Source: an archaeon
GTDB lineage: Archaea; Nanobdellota; Nanobdellia; Pacearchaeales; GW2011-AR1
Assembly: GCA_043817815.1 (NCBI GenBank)
Contig: JBDRGM010000040.1
Coordinates: forward strand, 1 to 51,090
Reading direction: 5' to 3'
Length of the DNA: 51,090 nucleotides
The notes under the pieces are model-generated. The model made no database searches. It was not told where the DNA came from and saw only the letters and a program-made list of their open reading frames with translations. The position numbers and the translations under genes were made by a program. This document shows positions 10,096 to 18,096 of the stretch, one piece after another; the stretch's first letter is position 1, and the number at the start of each line of letters is the position of its first letter.

Positions 10096-10167
10096 GCCTA
10101 CGTTGTCCAGTGGCTAAGACACATCCCTGTCGCGGATGAGATCCGGGTTCAATTCCCGGCGTGGGCG
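10096..10167 (+). tRNA. tRNA-Asp (GTC)
   Basis: Hand-folded cloverleaf: acceptor GCCTACG/CGTGGGC, D arm GTCC-AGTGGCTA-AGAC, anticodon arm CATCC-CTGTCGC-GGATG, variable AGAT, T arm CCGGG-TTCAATT-CCCGG, discriminator G73. CCA is not cleanly encoded (TCCA follows). Confidence 0.9.
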
Positions 10168-10168
10168 T
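10158..10168 (+). repeat. Repeat copy R1: GGCGTGGGCGT (3' end of tRNA-Asp plus 1 nt)
   Basis: Master copy of an 11-mer that recurs three times downstream in direct orientation. Confidence 0.85.
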
Positions 10169-10312
10169 CCAATCTCCGAAAACTTCTTTTATCCCCAAGG
10201 TTAATCTATATACTTTATCTCGACAACTTTTATAAATCATCTACATCAACGACAACAGCGATGGAAAATACAATAACCTCCAATTTTAAGCCAAACAAAA
10301 ACCGATTCTCAC

Positions 10313-10350
10313 GGATGTGCCAAGACGGGCAAGTCGTCGGCGTGGGCGTA
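10313..10350 (+). repeat. Decayed copy of the tRNA-Asp 3' half, ending in repeat R2 (GGCGTGGGCGTA at 10339-10350)
   Basis: GGATG (10313-10317) lies 26 nt before the exact 11-mer, against 24 nt in the tRNA. The trailer CTCCCGAAAC resembles the tRNA trailer CTCCGAAAAC. The T-arm part is replaced by a different hairpin. An extra GGGCGTA lies at 10364-10370. Confidence 0.7.
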
Positions 10351-10428
10351 AGACTCCCGAAACGGGCGTATTTTTCTTGAGGATTTGTAATTAGTAAGAT
10401 TTAAAAGGAATTTTCAAGATAGATTATT

Positions 10429-10668
10429 ATGATATACCCCTGGAATCATTTGAGTAAGAAATCTTTAAATATTTTTGAAGCTGAAAAAGGGAAATTAATG
10501 AAAGCTTTACGTTTTATTGATTTGGCTTTTGTTCCTTCTTCAGGAATAAGGGAAATGATTAAATTAAAGAAAGAAGGATCTTTGGATTTTTATAATGTAA
10601 TTGGGCATAGTCTTTATGAGGGTGTGAAATTAAGTGTCTATTATCATATGTATAATAATTTTTCTTAG
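10429..10668 (+). CDS. Hypothetical 79-aa protein (cargo of the second repeat-bounded unit)
   Basis: ORF only. No recognisable motif. Confidence 0.35.
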   Translation: MIYPWNHLSKKSLNIFEAEKGKLMKALRFIDLAFVPSSGIREMIKLKKEGSLDFYNVIGHSLYEGVKLSVYYHMYNNFS

Positions 10669-10686
10669 ATTCCCAAAATGCTACCT

Positions 10687-10697
10687 GTGTGGGCGTA
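10687..10697 (+). repeat. Repeat copy R3: GTGTGGGCGTA (one mismatch)
   Basis: Read directly. Direct orientation, followed by A and AT-rich DNA like R2 and R4. Confidence 0.65.
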
Positions 10698-10756
10698 AAA
10701 ATAGAAAGATTTATATATTATAGCCTTCTATAAGTAATTATAATAATTAATATAAA

Positions 10757-10966
10757 ATGTCTACAACAATACAAATTTCAAATAGTGTAAAAGAAGCATT
10801 AGATAATCTTAAATTGCTAGAAAGAGAAACTTACAATGAAGTTATTGAAAATATGTTGGAAGATAATTTGGATTTAAATGAAAAAACATTAAGCGAAATA
10901 AAAGAAAGAAAAAATAGCAAAGATTGGGTTTCTATAGAAGATGTTGAAAAGCATTTGGGACTATGA
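10757..10966 (+). CDS. Putative antitoxin (partner of the RelE/ParE toxin)
   Basis: 69-aa acidic protein immediately upstream of the RelE-like gene, overlapping it by 4 nt (ATGA). Confidence 0.6.
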   Translation: MSTTIQISNSVKEALDNLKLLERETYNEVIENMLEDNLDLNEKTLSEIKERKNSKDWVSIEDVEKHLGL

Positions 10967-11214
10967 TTTATAAAATTAAATTTGAGAAAAGAGCTTTTCA
11001 AGAGTTAGATAAATTAGATCAAATTATCTCTAGACGAATACTAAGGAATATAAAAGAATTGAAGGAAAGTTTTCATACTAAAGATGTTAAAAGATTAAAA
11101 GGTCAGAACATTTATAGATTAAGGATTGGAAATTATCGGGTTCTTTTTTATATAGAAAATGATTTGATTAGTATTCTTAAAGTAGGACATAGAAAAAATA
11201 TATATAAATATTAA
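10963..11214 (+). CDS. relE: RelE/ParE-family toxin
   Basis: 83 aa with the family signature ...YRLRIGNYRVLFYIENDLISILKVGHRKNIY. Confidence 0.85.
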   Translation: MIYKIKFEKRAFQELDKLDQIISRRILRNIKELKESFHTKDVKRLKGQNIYRLRIGNYRVLFYIENDLISILKVGHRKNIYKY

Positions 11215-11236
11215 CCCCCACTTTTTGGCAATATTT

Positions 11237-11267
11237 ATGTTAAGGAAACTAAGTTAAATCTTAACAT
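11237..11267 (+). other. Hairpin ATGTTAAG-N15-CTTAACAT between the toxin stop and repeat R4
   Basis: Perfect 8-bp inverted repeat read directly. Either a terminator or a recombination-site structure. Confidence 0.4.
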
Positions 11268-11275
11268 AAAGTCTT

Positions 11276-11287
11276 GGCGTGGGCGTA
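11276..11287 (+). repeat. Repeat copy R4: GGCGTGGGCGTA (exact)
   Basis: Read directly. Direct orientation. Confidence 0.8.
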
Positions 11288-11334
11288 TCTCTTTAACACT
11301 TAATATTTATAAACATAAATTTCTTCAATAGATT

Positions 11335-11436
11335 ATGACAAAGAAAAGATTAAAACCTCATAAAAAAAGGTCAATGGAAAGAAGAGCTAGAAGTGGGAAA
11401 AAACCAAGGGCAAAAGAGATAACTTTGAAGAAATAA
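11335..11436 (+). CDS. Possible 33-aa highly basic peptide (MTKKRLKPHKKRSMERRARSGKKPRAKEITLKK)
   Basis: Below the ORF-track cutoff; found by reading. ATG to TAA. Arg/Lys-rich like small ribosomal or nucleic-acid-binding proteins, but no family recognised. Confidence 0.25.
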   Translation: MTKKRLKPHKKRSMERRARSGKKPRAKEITLKK

Positions 11437-11553
11437 GGAATTTTATAACTAATTATGAATGTTTTTGTCAGGAGTTTGGTTTAACATTATTAATCTTAGA
11501 TAAGAACTTTTTTAAACCCTTGAAATTGATTATATCTATTGGAGGAAAAAACA

Positions 11554-11745
11554 ATGAAAGGAACAGTAAAATTTTTCAATATTGAAAAAGAATTTGGCTT
11601 TATAGTTGGAGAAGATGAACAAGAATATTTCGTGCATAAGACTGGTCTTCAGGAAGGCGTAACTCTTGATAAAGATGATGTAGTTACATTTGAAACAGAG
11701 AAAGGCGATAAAGGCATTAAAGCAGTTAAAGTAGCTAAGGCATAA
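11554..11745 (+). CDS. Cold-shock domain protein (CspA family)
   Basis: MKGTVKFFNIEKEFGFI...YFVH contains RNP1/RNP2-like motifs. The ATG at 11554 is preceded by GGAGGA; the track ORF starts upstream at 11539. Confidence 0.85.
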   Translation: MKGTVKFFNIEKEFGFIVGEDEQEYFVHKTGLQEGVTLDKDDVVTFETEKGDKGIKAVKVAKA

Positions 11746-11864
11746 GAGTACTATAATTTTAAGAGATATTTGATTTTGTTAGTATAACACTTTTAAGAAG
11801 GAGATATTAAGAGTTTTTATCATAGGTGGTTGTGTTATTTATTATGTAGTATTCGGAAGAGGAT

Positions 11865-12188
11865 TCAATCTTCTCGGCACTTTGCCCAAAATTCATTTTT
11901 TTCTAAGTTTGCTTTGAAATGGCTTTGGCCTTGCATTCTTAGTTTCCAGTAAATTATCTGACCTTGAACTGTATTTGTTCTCCAATCAGCTTTTTTCAAT
12001 GCTCTTTTAGCTGCTGCTTTTTTTTGAGGTGAGAATTCAGGGTCTTTAAGTTTTGCCTCTTCTTCTTTTTTCCATTCTAAAACTTCTTGTAATTCTTCTT
12101 GAATCTCTTTATATTTTTCTTTAATTTCTTCTTCACTCAAAGGAGGGTTTTTGTTTTTGGAATAGTATTTCTGTACCATTTTATCCAA
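11865..12188 (-). CDS. Hypothetical charged protein
   Basis: 107-aa ORF, Lys/Glu-rich. No family recognised. Confidence 0.4.
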   Translation of the reverse strand: MDKMVQKYYSKNKNPPLSEEEIKEKYKEIQEELQEVLEWKKEEEAKLKDPEFSPQKKAAAKRALKKADWRTNTVQGQIIYWKLRMQGQSHFKANLEKNEFWAKCRED

Positions 12189-12264
12189 GGTTTGGTTGAT
12201 TTAAATAGTTTTTTGGAGAATTCCTGATGGTAAATTTTATATAATAAGATTTCTAGGAGTTATC

Positions 12265-13440
12265 ATGGGATTCTTTAATTTTTTTAAAAAAATTGGAAAT
12301 GGAAAAGCGATTGATAAAATTGTCATAGAAAAGCTGTCTTTTTCTGAGATAGAAAATTGGATTGAAAATAAATCAAAGGAGAACAATCTTCGAGAGAGGG
12401 AGATTCTTTCTATGATTGGTCAAATGATTAATAATTTAGTTAAAGAGTTAGAGGAGAAGATAGTAATTTTAGAAAATTTTGATGTTGAGGCAAAAAAGGA
12501 GAAAGACCAAATTAAAAATATTGTGATGGATAGTAGAGAGAGATATGTTGAGTCTGTACAAGATTTAATTGAAAGATTGAATAATTTAGAAGAATTGGAA
12601 CTTGAGAGATTTATTGAGAAGATAAATATTATTTTCTTGGGATTTAATAAGAGTTCGTTTAAGAATTATGAAAGAGCCACAATTTTAATTGGGAATGAAA
12701 TAGCAAGTATAAAAAAAAGTCTACAAGTTTTTTCTAAGGATTTGTTGAGGGTATATGAAGAGAGTAAACCTCTTTTAGATTCTTTTAAGAATCTTTTGAT
12801 AGTTAAGGAAAAATTAGATTTGATTAATATTGTGGATAAAACTCTAGATAGAATTATTAAGGAAAAACTAAATTTGGACAAAAAGATAAATGAGAGAGAA
12901 GAAGAGAGTAAAACTTTAAAACGAAATTTAGGAGAGATTAAAACTAGTCAGAATTATTTAGAGAATTTAGATAAACAAAAAAAGATTAAGTTTCTTCGAG
13001 AAGAGTCAAAAAATAATCTTTTAGAATTAAAGCAGCTTCTTGATTTTAAGGCTTTAGCTAGTTTTTTTCATATAAATCCTGAACAGATGAGGATTGTTAA
13101 AAATTATAGAGAAGATTTTCAGATAAATTTTGAGCAGGATAATGGAAAAGTTATAGTTAGGTTACTTGAAGAGGCAGGACTAAATAATAAAATAATCTTA
13201 GAAAAGATAGAACAAATAAGATCTCAAATAGGGGAGATAGCTCGTCAAGAAGAAAACTTACAAAAAGATGAAGCACAAAAAATATCTTTTAGAATAGACG
13301 AGATTGGGTTTGAAGTTAATCACTTTAAAATAGAAAAAGTTAAAATAGAAAAAAGAGAGGAGAATTTTAGAATAGATAAGGGGGAGTTAGTGAGTTTATT
13401 AAAACAAAAGTTTAGTGAGATGAATGTGGAAGTTGTTTGA
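12265..13440 (+). CDS. Hypothetical coiled-coil protein
   Basis: 391 aa, heptad-like Glu/Lys/Leu/Ile-rich throughout. N-terminus MGFFNFFKK. Confidence 0.55.
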   Translation: MGFFNFFKKIGNGKAIDKIVIEKLSFSEIENWIENKSKENNLREREILSMIGQMINNLVKELEEKIVILENFDVEAKKEKDQIKNIVMDSRERYVESVQDLIERLNNLEELELERFIEKINIIFLGFNKSSFKNYERATILIGNEIASIKKSLQVFSKDLLRVYEESKPLLDSFKNLLIVKEKLDLINIVDKTLDRIIKEKLNLDKKINEREEESKTLKRNLGEIKTSQNYLENLDKQKKIKFLREESKNNLLELKQLLDFKALASFFHINPEQMRIVKNYREDFQINFEQDNGKVIVRLLEEAGLNNKIILEKIEQIRSQIGEIARQEENLQKDEAQKISFRIDEIGFEVNHFKIEKVKIEKREENFRIDKGELVSLLKQKFSEMNVEVV

Positions 13441-13485
13441 ATTTGTTGTCCTAAAATTTAAATAACCTGTTTACTTTTTTTTTCT

Positions 13486-14562
13486 ATGAAAAAGAGGGAT
13501 AGAATTAAGTCTGGACTTAAACTTGTTGGGCTTTTGTATTTATTTATACTTTCCATTGAATTGATTAAAAGAGCTTCGTTATTTTTTGCTAAAGATATTC
13601 AGAGTTTTTTTTCTGAAGGGCTTTTGCCTTTGAAGGCAATTTGTGTGGGATGGTTTAGTACATCGATATTCCAGTCTTCAAGTGCTATTAGTTCAATTGT
13701 TGCGGCTTTTGCAGGAAATAATTTAATCTCCTTGAACACGTCTGTTTTTATTCTTGTTGGAGCTTCAATTGGAGCAGCGATTACAGCGTTAATAATTTCA
13801 CTTGTAACAGAGGCGAAAAAGAGAAGGGATTTTAGGCATGGTTTTGAAATTGGGTTATGTTATGCTATTTATAGTATTCTCGTTGTAATTGTGGTTGTTT
13901 TTTTGGAGTATTTTTTTAAACTTTTTTCAAGGTTGTCTTTGTTGTTAGCTTCTTTGTTTAAGGACAAGATTTCTATTTTGAAGATTCCAGATATAGTGGG
14001 TTTTGCGACGTCACCAATTACAGACTTTTTATTCGAGAGTAGCAATAAATTTTTGTTATTTTTTATTGCATTTTTAATTTTAATATTCACCTTGAAATAT
14101 ATTGGTAATGTTATAATGGATATTCTTGGAGGGGAGAAAAAGGCAAGAAAATTTATCAACAGAAATTTTAATTCAAAATATAAGTCTTATCTTATTGGAG
14201 TTTTTCTGACTGCGATTGTGTTTTCTTCAGGTATAACAACAGGGTTGCTTGTTCCTCTTGCAGTGTCTCGTCTTATTAATCTGAAAAAAGCAATTCCATT
14301 TATAATTGGCGCAAGATTAGGAACTTCAACAGATTTATTTTTAGCATCTATTGTAATTGGAAAAACACCAGCAATTGCAACTGCTTTTGCTTATTTGTTA
14401 TTTGGAGTTCTTGGAGCACTGATATTTTTACCAAACACAGAATTTTTATTTAAGATAACAAAATATACTTCTAAGAGGTTAATCCATATTTCCCGGAAAA
14501 AAGCCTTGTATGTTCTGATTGCATTTATCTTGATTCCACTATTGATTGTTCTTATTTTTTAG
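13486..14562 (+). CDS. Na/Pi-cotransporter-family membrane protein
   Basis: Multi-pass membrane protein. STSIFQSSSAISSIVAAFAG...LVGASIGAAITA resembles the Na_Pi_cotrans repeat (QSSSA...GaNiGTt). Confidence 0.55.
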   Translation: MKKRDRIKSGLKLVGLLYLFILSIELIKRASLFFAKDIQSFFSEGLLPLKAICVGWFSTSIFQSSSAISSIVAAFAGNNLISLNTSVFILVGASIGAAITALIISLVTEAKKRRDFRHGFEIGLCYAIYSILVVIVVVFLEYFFKLFSRLSLLLASLFKDKISILKIPDIVGFATSPITDFLFESSNKFLLFFIAFLILIFTLKYIGNVIMDILGGEKKARKFINRNFNSKYKSYLIGVFLTAIVFSSGITTGLLVPLAVSRLINLKKAIPFIIGARLGTSTDLFLASIVIGKTPAIATAFAYLLFGVLGALIFLPNTEFLFKITKYTSKRLIHISRKKALYVLIAFILIPLLIVLIF

Positions 14563-14598
14563 ATAAATATATTTAAACTTTCTATTACTTTTTATTTT

Positions 14599-15405
14599 AT
14601 GTCTGGGAAATCTAAAAAATCATTTAAAGAAACTCGTAAGGGAAAAGCATTTATGTTTTTGGTGAAGACCCCTGTTTATGTTTATAGAGGAATTAAGAAA
14701 ATGAAAAGTCATTTTGATAAAAGGTTAGAAAAGAAGAATGTTTTGAAGAATAGGGGAATGATTGATGCGAAGTATAGACATTTTGAGATTTTGCAGACAG
14801 AAGATGGGAATTATAATCTGTGGGAGAAGAATTTGTTTGAGTCTGATAGTAAGATTGGAGTGATTATTGGTGCACGTGGAACAGGAAAGACTGCTTTTGG
14901 CGTTAAGTTTCTTGAGAATTTTTACTCAAAGAACAAGAAAAGATGCTATGCAATTGGATTTAAAGAAAATGAAATGCCTATGTGGATAAATGTTGTTCAG
15001 AATATAAATCAACTGACTAATAATTCTTTTGTGTTAATTGATGAAGGAGGGATTTTGTTTAGCTCAAGAAGTTCAATGAGTAATGTGAATAAACTTTTGA
15101 GTGAATTGATATTAATCGCAAGACACAAGAATTTGAGTATATTGTTTATTTCACAGAATTCTTCTAATCTTGATGTGAATATTTTAAGGCAGGCTGATTT
15201 TTTGGTGCTAAAACCATCCTCGCTTCTACAAAAAGATTTTGAGAGGAAGATAGTTCAGAAAATTTATGAACAAGCAGATGAATCTTTTGGGAAGTTCAAA
15301 GATGTGAAAGGAGTTACTTATATTTATTCTGGAGATTTTAAAGGATTTGTTGCTAATCCCCTCCCTTCGTTTTGGAAAGAAACTATTAGCAAGAGTTTTG
15401 AATAA
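14599..15405 (+). CDS. Small P-loop ATPase, HerA/FtsK/VirB4-like
   Basis: Walker A GARGTGKT and Walker B FVLIDEGG. The segment IARHKNLSILFISQNSSNLDVNILRQAD resembles the R-finger/Q block of HerA-FtsK ATPases. Confidence 0.6.
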   Translation: MSGKSKKSFKETRKGKAFMFLVKTPVYVYRGIKKMKSHFDKRLEKKNVLKNRGMIDAKYRHFEILQTEDGNYNLWEKNLFESDSKIGVIIGARGTGKTAFGVKFLENFYSKNKKRCYAIGFKENEMPMWINVVQNINQLTNNSFVLIDEGGILFSSRSSMSNVNKLLSELILIARHKNLSILFISQNSSNLDVNILRQADFLVLKPSSLLQKDFERKIVQKIYEQADESFGKFKDVKGVTYIYSGDFKGFVANPLPSFWKETISKSFE

Positions 15406-15528
15406 TTTTTATTGCTAATTGAATTTTGTGTCTCTTTAATATAGTGCAAAACCTTTAAAAGTAAAAGTTCCTTTTTAGTAGAGTCAAGGCATCTTTTGTT
15501 TTGATTAATTAAATTTGAGGTTAAAAAA

Positions 15529-15762
15529 ATGACTTGTGGAAATTGTGAAGAAAACAAGGAAGTGACTCAGGAAGAAAAGTCTGTAGAAGAAGTTCAACCA
15601 GAACAATCTGCAGAAGAAGATGTACCTGAAGCACCTGTTGAATCGTCAACAGGTCCAATGGGGGCTGAGAAGCCAGCGGAGGAACCTTCTGAAAGCGAAG
15701 CTCAAAGTATTCCTTCTGGAGGACCAGAACCAGAATCTCCTGCCGAAGAACAAGAAGCTTAA
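15529..15762 (+). CDS. Acidic Pro/Glu/Ser-rich low-complexity protein
   Basis: 77 aa, preceded by GAGGT. N-terminal CGNC, then a PE-rich stretch. The 15620..15802 ORF overlaps it in another frame and is probably spurious. Confidence 0.4.
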   Translation: MTCGNCEENKEVTQEEKSVEEVQPEQSAEEDVPEAPVESSTGPMGAEKPAEEPSESEAQSIPSGGPEPESPAEEQEA

Positions 15763-15826
15763 TAATTTTTTATTTTATTTTATTTTTTACCAACAACTTT
15801 AAATAATTCTTTTGTAAATTATTTAT

Positions 15827-16771
15827 ATGGAATATGAAGAAGAGGGTAAAAGAGGGTGGCTGGCAATTTTTTTGAGTTTGATGTTTATTTTAATTGTAAT
15901 GGTGCTTTTGAGTGTTTATTGGTTTTTTCCTAGAGGTGTTATTAAATTTGAATCAGAGCCTATGAATTCTAATTTTAGTTTAAGTGGATTTTCAAAAGGG
16001 GAGATTCAATTTTATCCAAATATGAGATATGTTGATAAGGAAATTTCTTACAAAATTTATGACTGCCCTTTACAAAAGAAGAACCGTGTGGAGGGAGCGT
16101 TTGGTATCCTTGAGAATAAAAGTGTTGTTGGTTTTTATCCAGTTGAATCTGGAGAAGAAATTTCTGTGACATGTGATAGTAAAAACAAGTTTGATGGAGG
16201 ATTGTTTATTTTGGGTGAGGGGGGTCCGAGTAAAATAATAAAATCCAAAGAGTTTAATGTTATCTTAAATGGAGAAATTTTACTGATTAAGGATTCAAAG
16301 TGTGGAAATCCAAATGTTGCATTGCATGAGTTATTGCATGCGTTGGGATTTGAGCATTCTGATAATTCTAAGAATATTATGTATAATATTAGTGAGTGTG
16401 GGCAGGAGATTGGTGGTGAGATAATTGAATTGTTAAATGAACTTTATTCCATTCCAAGTTATCCTGATATTGTTCTTGAAAATGTTTCTGCGGTTATGAA
16501 TGGAAGATATTTGAATGTTAATATGACTATTATGAATGGGGGACTTAAAAGCTCTGAAGATTCTGGAATTTTTATTTATGCTGATGATAAGCTTGTGCAA
16601 GAAATTAATTTAGATGAATTCGATGTTGGAAGTGGGAGAACAATAAGTTTGACTGAACTTTGGATTAATCAATTAAGTGTTAATAAATTAGAATTTATTA
16701 TAGAAAGTAACTTTGAAGAGTTGGATAAAAAAAATAATAAAATAATTTTAGAAATAAAAAAAGAAAAATAA
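15827..16771 (+). CDS. Membrane-anchored metzincin-type zinc metalloprotease
   Basis: N-terminal TM helix. HELLHALGFEH (HExxHxxGxxH) followed by NIMY (possible Met-turn). Confidence 0.75.
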   Translation: MEYEEEGKRGWLAIFLSLMFILIVMVLLSVYWFFPRGVIKFESEPMNSNFSLSGFSKGEIQFYPNMRYVDKEISYKIYDCPLQKKNRVEGAFGILENKSVVGFYPVESGEEISVTCDSKNKFDGGLFILGEGGPSKIIKSKEFNVILNGEILLIKDSKCGNPNVALHELLHALGFEHSDNSKNIMYNISECGQEIGGEIIELLNELYSIPSYPDIVLENVSAVMNGRYLNVNMTIMNGGLKSSEDSGIFIYADDKLVQEINLDEFDVGSGRTISLTELWINQLSVNKLEFIIESNFEELDKKNNKIILEIKKEK

Positions 16772-16898
16772 AAAATAATTAATCATCAAGATTTAAATTT
16801 TCAATGTCCCAGTCGAAATCATCAGTTTCTTCTCGGGTAAATTCATCCTCCATTTTTTTAACCTCATTTTTTATGTATTTTAAAGAAATAATTTATTT

Positions 16899-17654
16899 TT
16901 AAACTTTTCTATAAAGTAGGGTATATTTATCATCGTACAAATAATATGAATTTGTGGGGACATAATTGTTTTTTAGTGGAACTTTTGAGTTTGATACGAC
17001 TTTGTAGTCCCAATTGTAGTGTTTGTATTTATCAGAATAGATATCTCTGTATATGAATTTTTTTTCTTCGTGAGCTCCAATGTAATGAGTTAGTGCTTGA
17101 CGAAATTCTCGGTCATTATAATCTTGGAAATAAAAAGTTGTTGTAAAGTAACCTCCTTTCACGTCATTATTTTTTACATAAACTACATAATTGTCGACGT
17201 CATTTCCAAAAACACCTTTTTGTTTTTCGTATTGAGCAATTGTTGTAAATTTTAAAGTTCTTTGGGTTTGTGTTTCAGATGTCTTGTCTATAATTTGGTA
17301 TGTTTTGTAATTTGGCTTATCTGTAATGTAAATATAATTTTTAGATATTGGATAATAATTTTTTTCTTTTAGATAAATGTTTTTTGTAGTTGTTGGATAA
17401 GAAATTGTTTTGTATGTTGGATTTTTTGTGTAATAAGAAGTTGGATATTTTGCTGTGACAGGAATTATTTGTTGTTGGGGTTTTGGATAATAATTTGTGT
17501 TGTAAGAATTTGTTACTGTTGTTGAAATTGATTTTTCTGATGTTGAAAATCCAGTGCTTGTGAATTGTGTTACTAAGAAAATTAAAGTGATTATTAAAAT
17601 GATTAATATTGTTCCTAGCAGAATTTCAACAACTCTTTTTTCAGTATTGTTCAT
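16899..17654 (-). CDS. Membrane-anchored Tyr/Thr/Asn/Lys-rich protein
   Basis: N-terminal TM helix, low-complexity Y/T/N/P linker and a C-terminal globular part. No family recognised. Confidence 0.5.
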   Translation of the reverse strand: MNNTEKRVVEILLGTILIILIITLIFLVTQFTSTGFSTSEKSISTTVTNSYNTNYYPKPQQQIIPVTAKYPTSYYTKNPTYKTISYPTTTKNIYLKEKNYYPISKNYIYITDKPNYKTYQIIDKTSETQTQRTLKFTTIAQYEKQKGVFGNDVDNYVVYVKNNDVKGGYFTTTFYFQDYNDREFRQALTHYIGAHEEKKFIYRDIYSDKYKHYNWDYKVVSNSKVPLKNNYVPTNSYYLYDDKYTLLYRKV

Positions 17655-17712
17655 GAATTAAATTATTGATGGGGATATTTAATTATTGTTGTTGTTGGAA
17701 GTATGTTTTTGA

Positions 17713-18009
17713 TTATTCTTTTATTGTGTTTGAGTTACATAGAAGTTCTAATCTTGCTGATCTTAGGGTGAGTTTTTGTTTTTGTAACAATCGATATAAT
17801 GGATCTTTTTTCATCTCTTCTCCTCTCATTATCCTAAGTGTTTTGCTAATCTCTTCAGATTGTTCATGTAAGTATGAAGGGATAGTCTGTGTTGTATTTA
17901 TCTCTTGAGGATATGCGGGAATTTTTTCTTTTGGAAGAATTAATCCAATGGTTATTAGCATTACTGTTCCTGCTAGAAAATACTTTCTAATATCTGGAAT
18001 TCTTTCCAT
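17713..18009 (-). CDS. Hypothetical small protein with N-terminal hydrophobic helix
   Basis: ORF only. Confidence 0.35.
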   Translation of the reverse strand: MERIPDIRKYFLAGTVMLITIGLILPKEKIPAYPQEINTTQTIPSYLHEQSEEISKTLRIMRGEEMKKDPLYRLLQKQKLTLRSARLELLCNSNTIKE

Positions 18010-18062
18010 ATTTTGTTTAACTGTTTTTGAGTTATAAGTATTTCTGTAATTATAAGAGTAGT

Positions 18063-18076
18063 AAATCTTAAAAACA
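18063..18076 (+). promoter_or_regulatory. Putative archaeal TATA/BRE element for tRNA-Tyr
   Basis: AAATCTTAAAAACA centred about 26 nt upstream of tRNA position 1. Confidence 0.3.
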
Positions 18077-18096
18077 GAGAGTTCTGTATTATGATA

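Noticed and set aside
10159-10167. The core GCGTGGGCG equals the textbook Zif268/EGR1 zinc-finger binding site
   Set aside because: Coincidence of a 9-mer. It has no biological relevance in an archaeal genome, and the sequence is explained as the tRNA acceptor 3' strand.
10021-10360. Inverted 8-mer TCGGGAGT (10021-10028) / ACTCCCGA (10353-10360) flanking tRNA-Asp as possible terminal inverted repeats
   Set aside because: It is a single 8-bp match with no further extension. It is plausibly coincidental or a by-product of the duplicated tRNA trailer, and not enough to call an element boundary.
12265-13440. Annotating the 391-aa coiled-coil protein as ESCRT-III/PspA-like
   Set aside because: The call rests only on the N-terminal MGFFNFFKK and general coiled-coil character. 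The length and the lack of any recognisable conserved helix pattern do not justify it.
16779-16853. 24-aa acidic mini-ORF on the minus strand (MEDEFTREETDDFDWDIENLNLDD), resembling the 38-aa acidic mini-ORF at 34068-34184
   Set aside because: It is too short, with no ribosome-binding or conservation evidence available. I mention the second one only in the context of its block.
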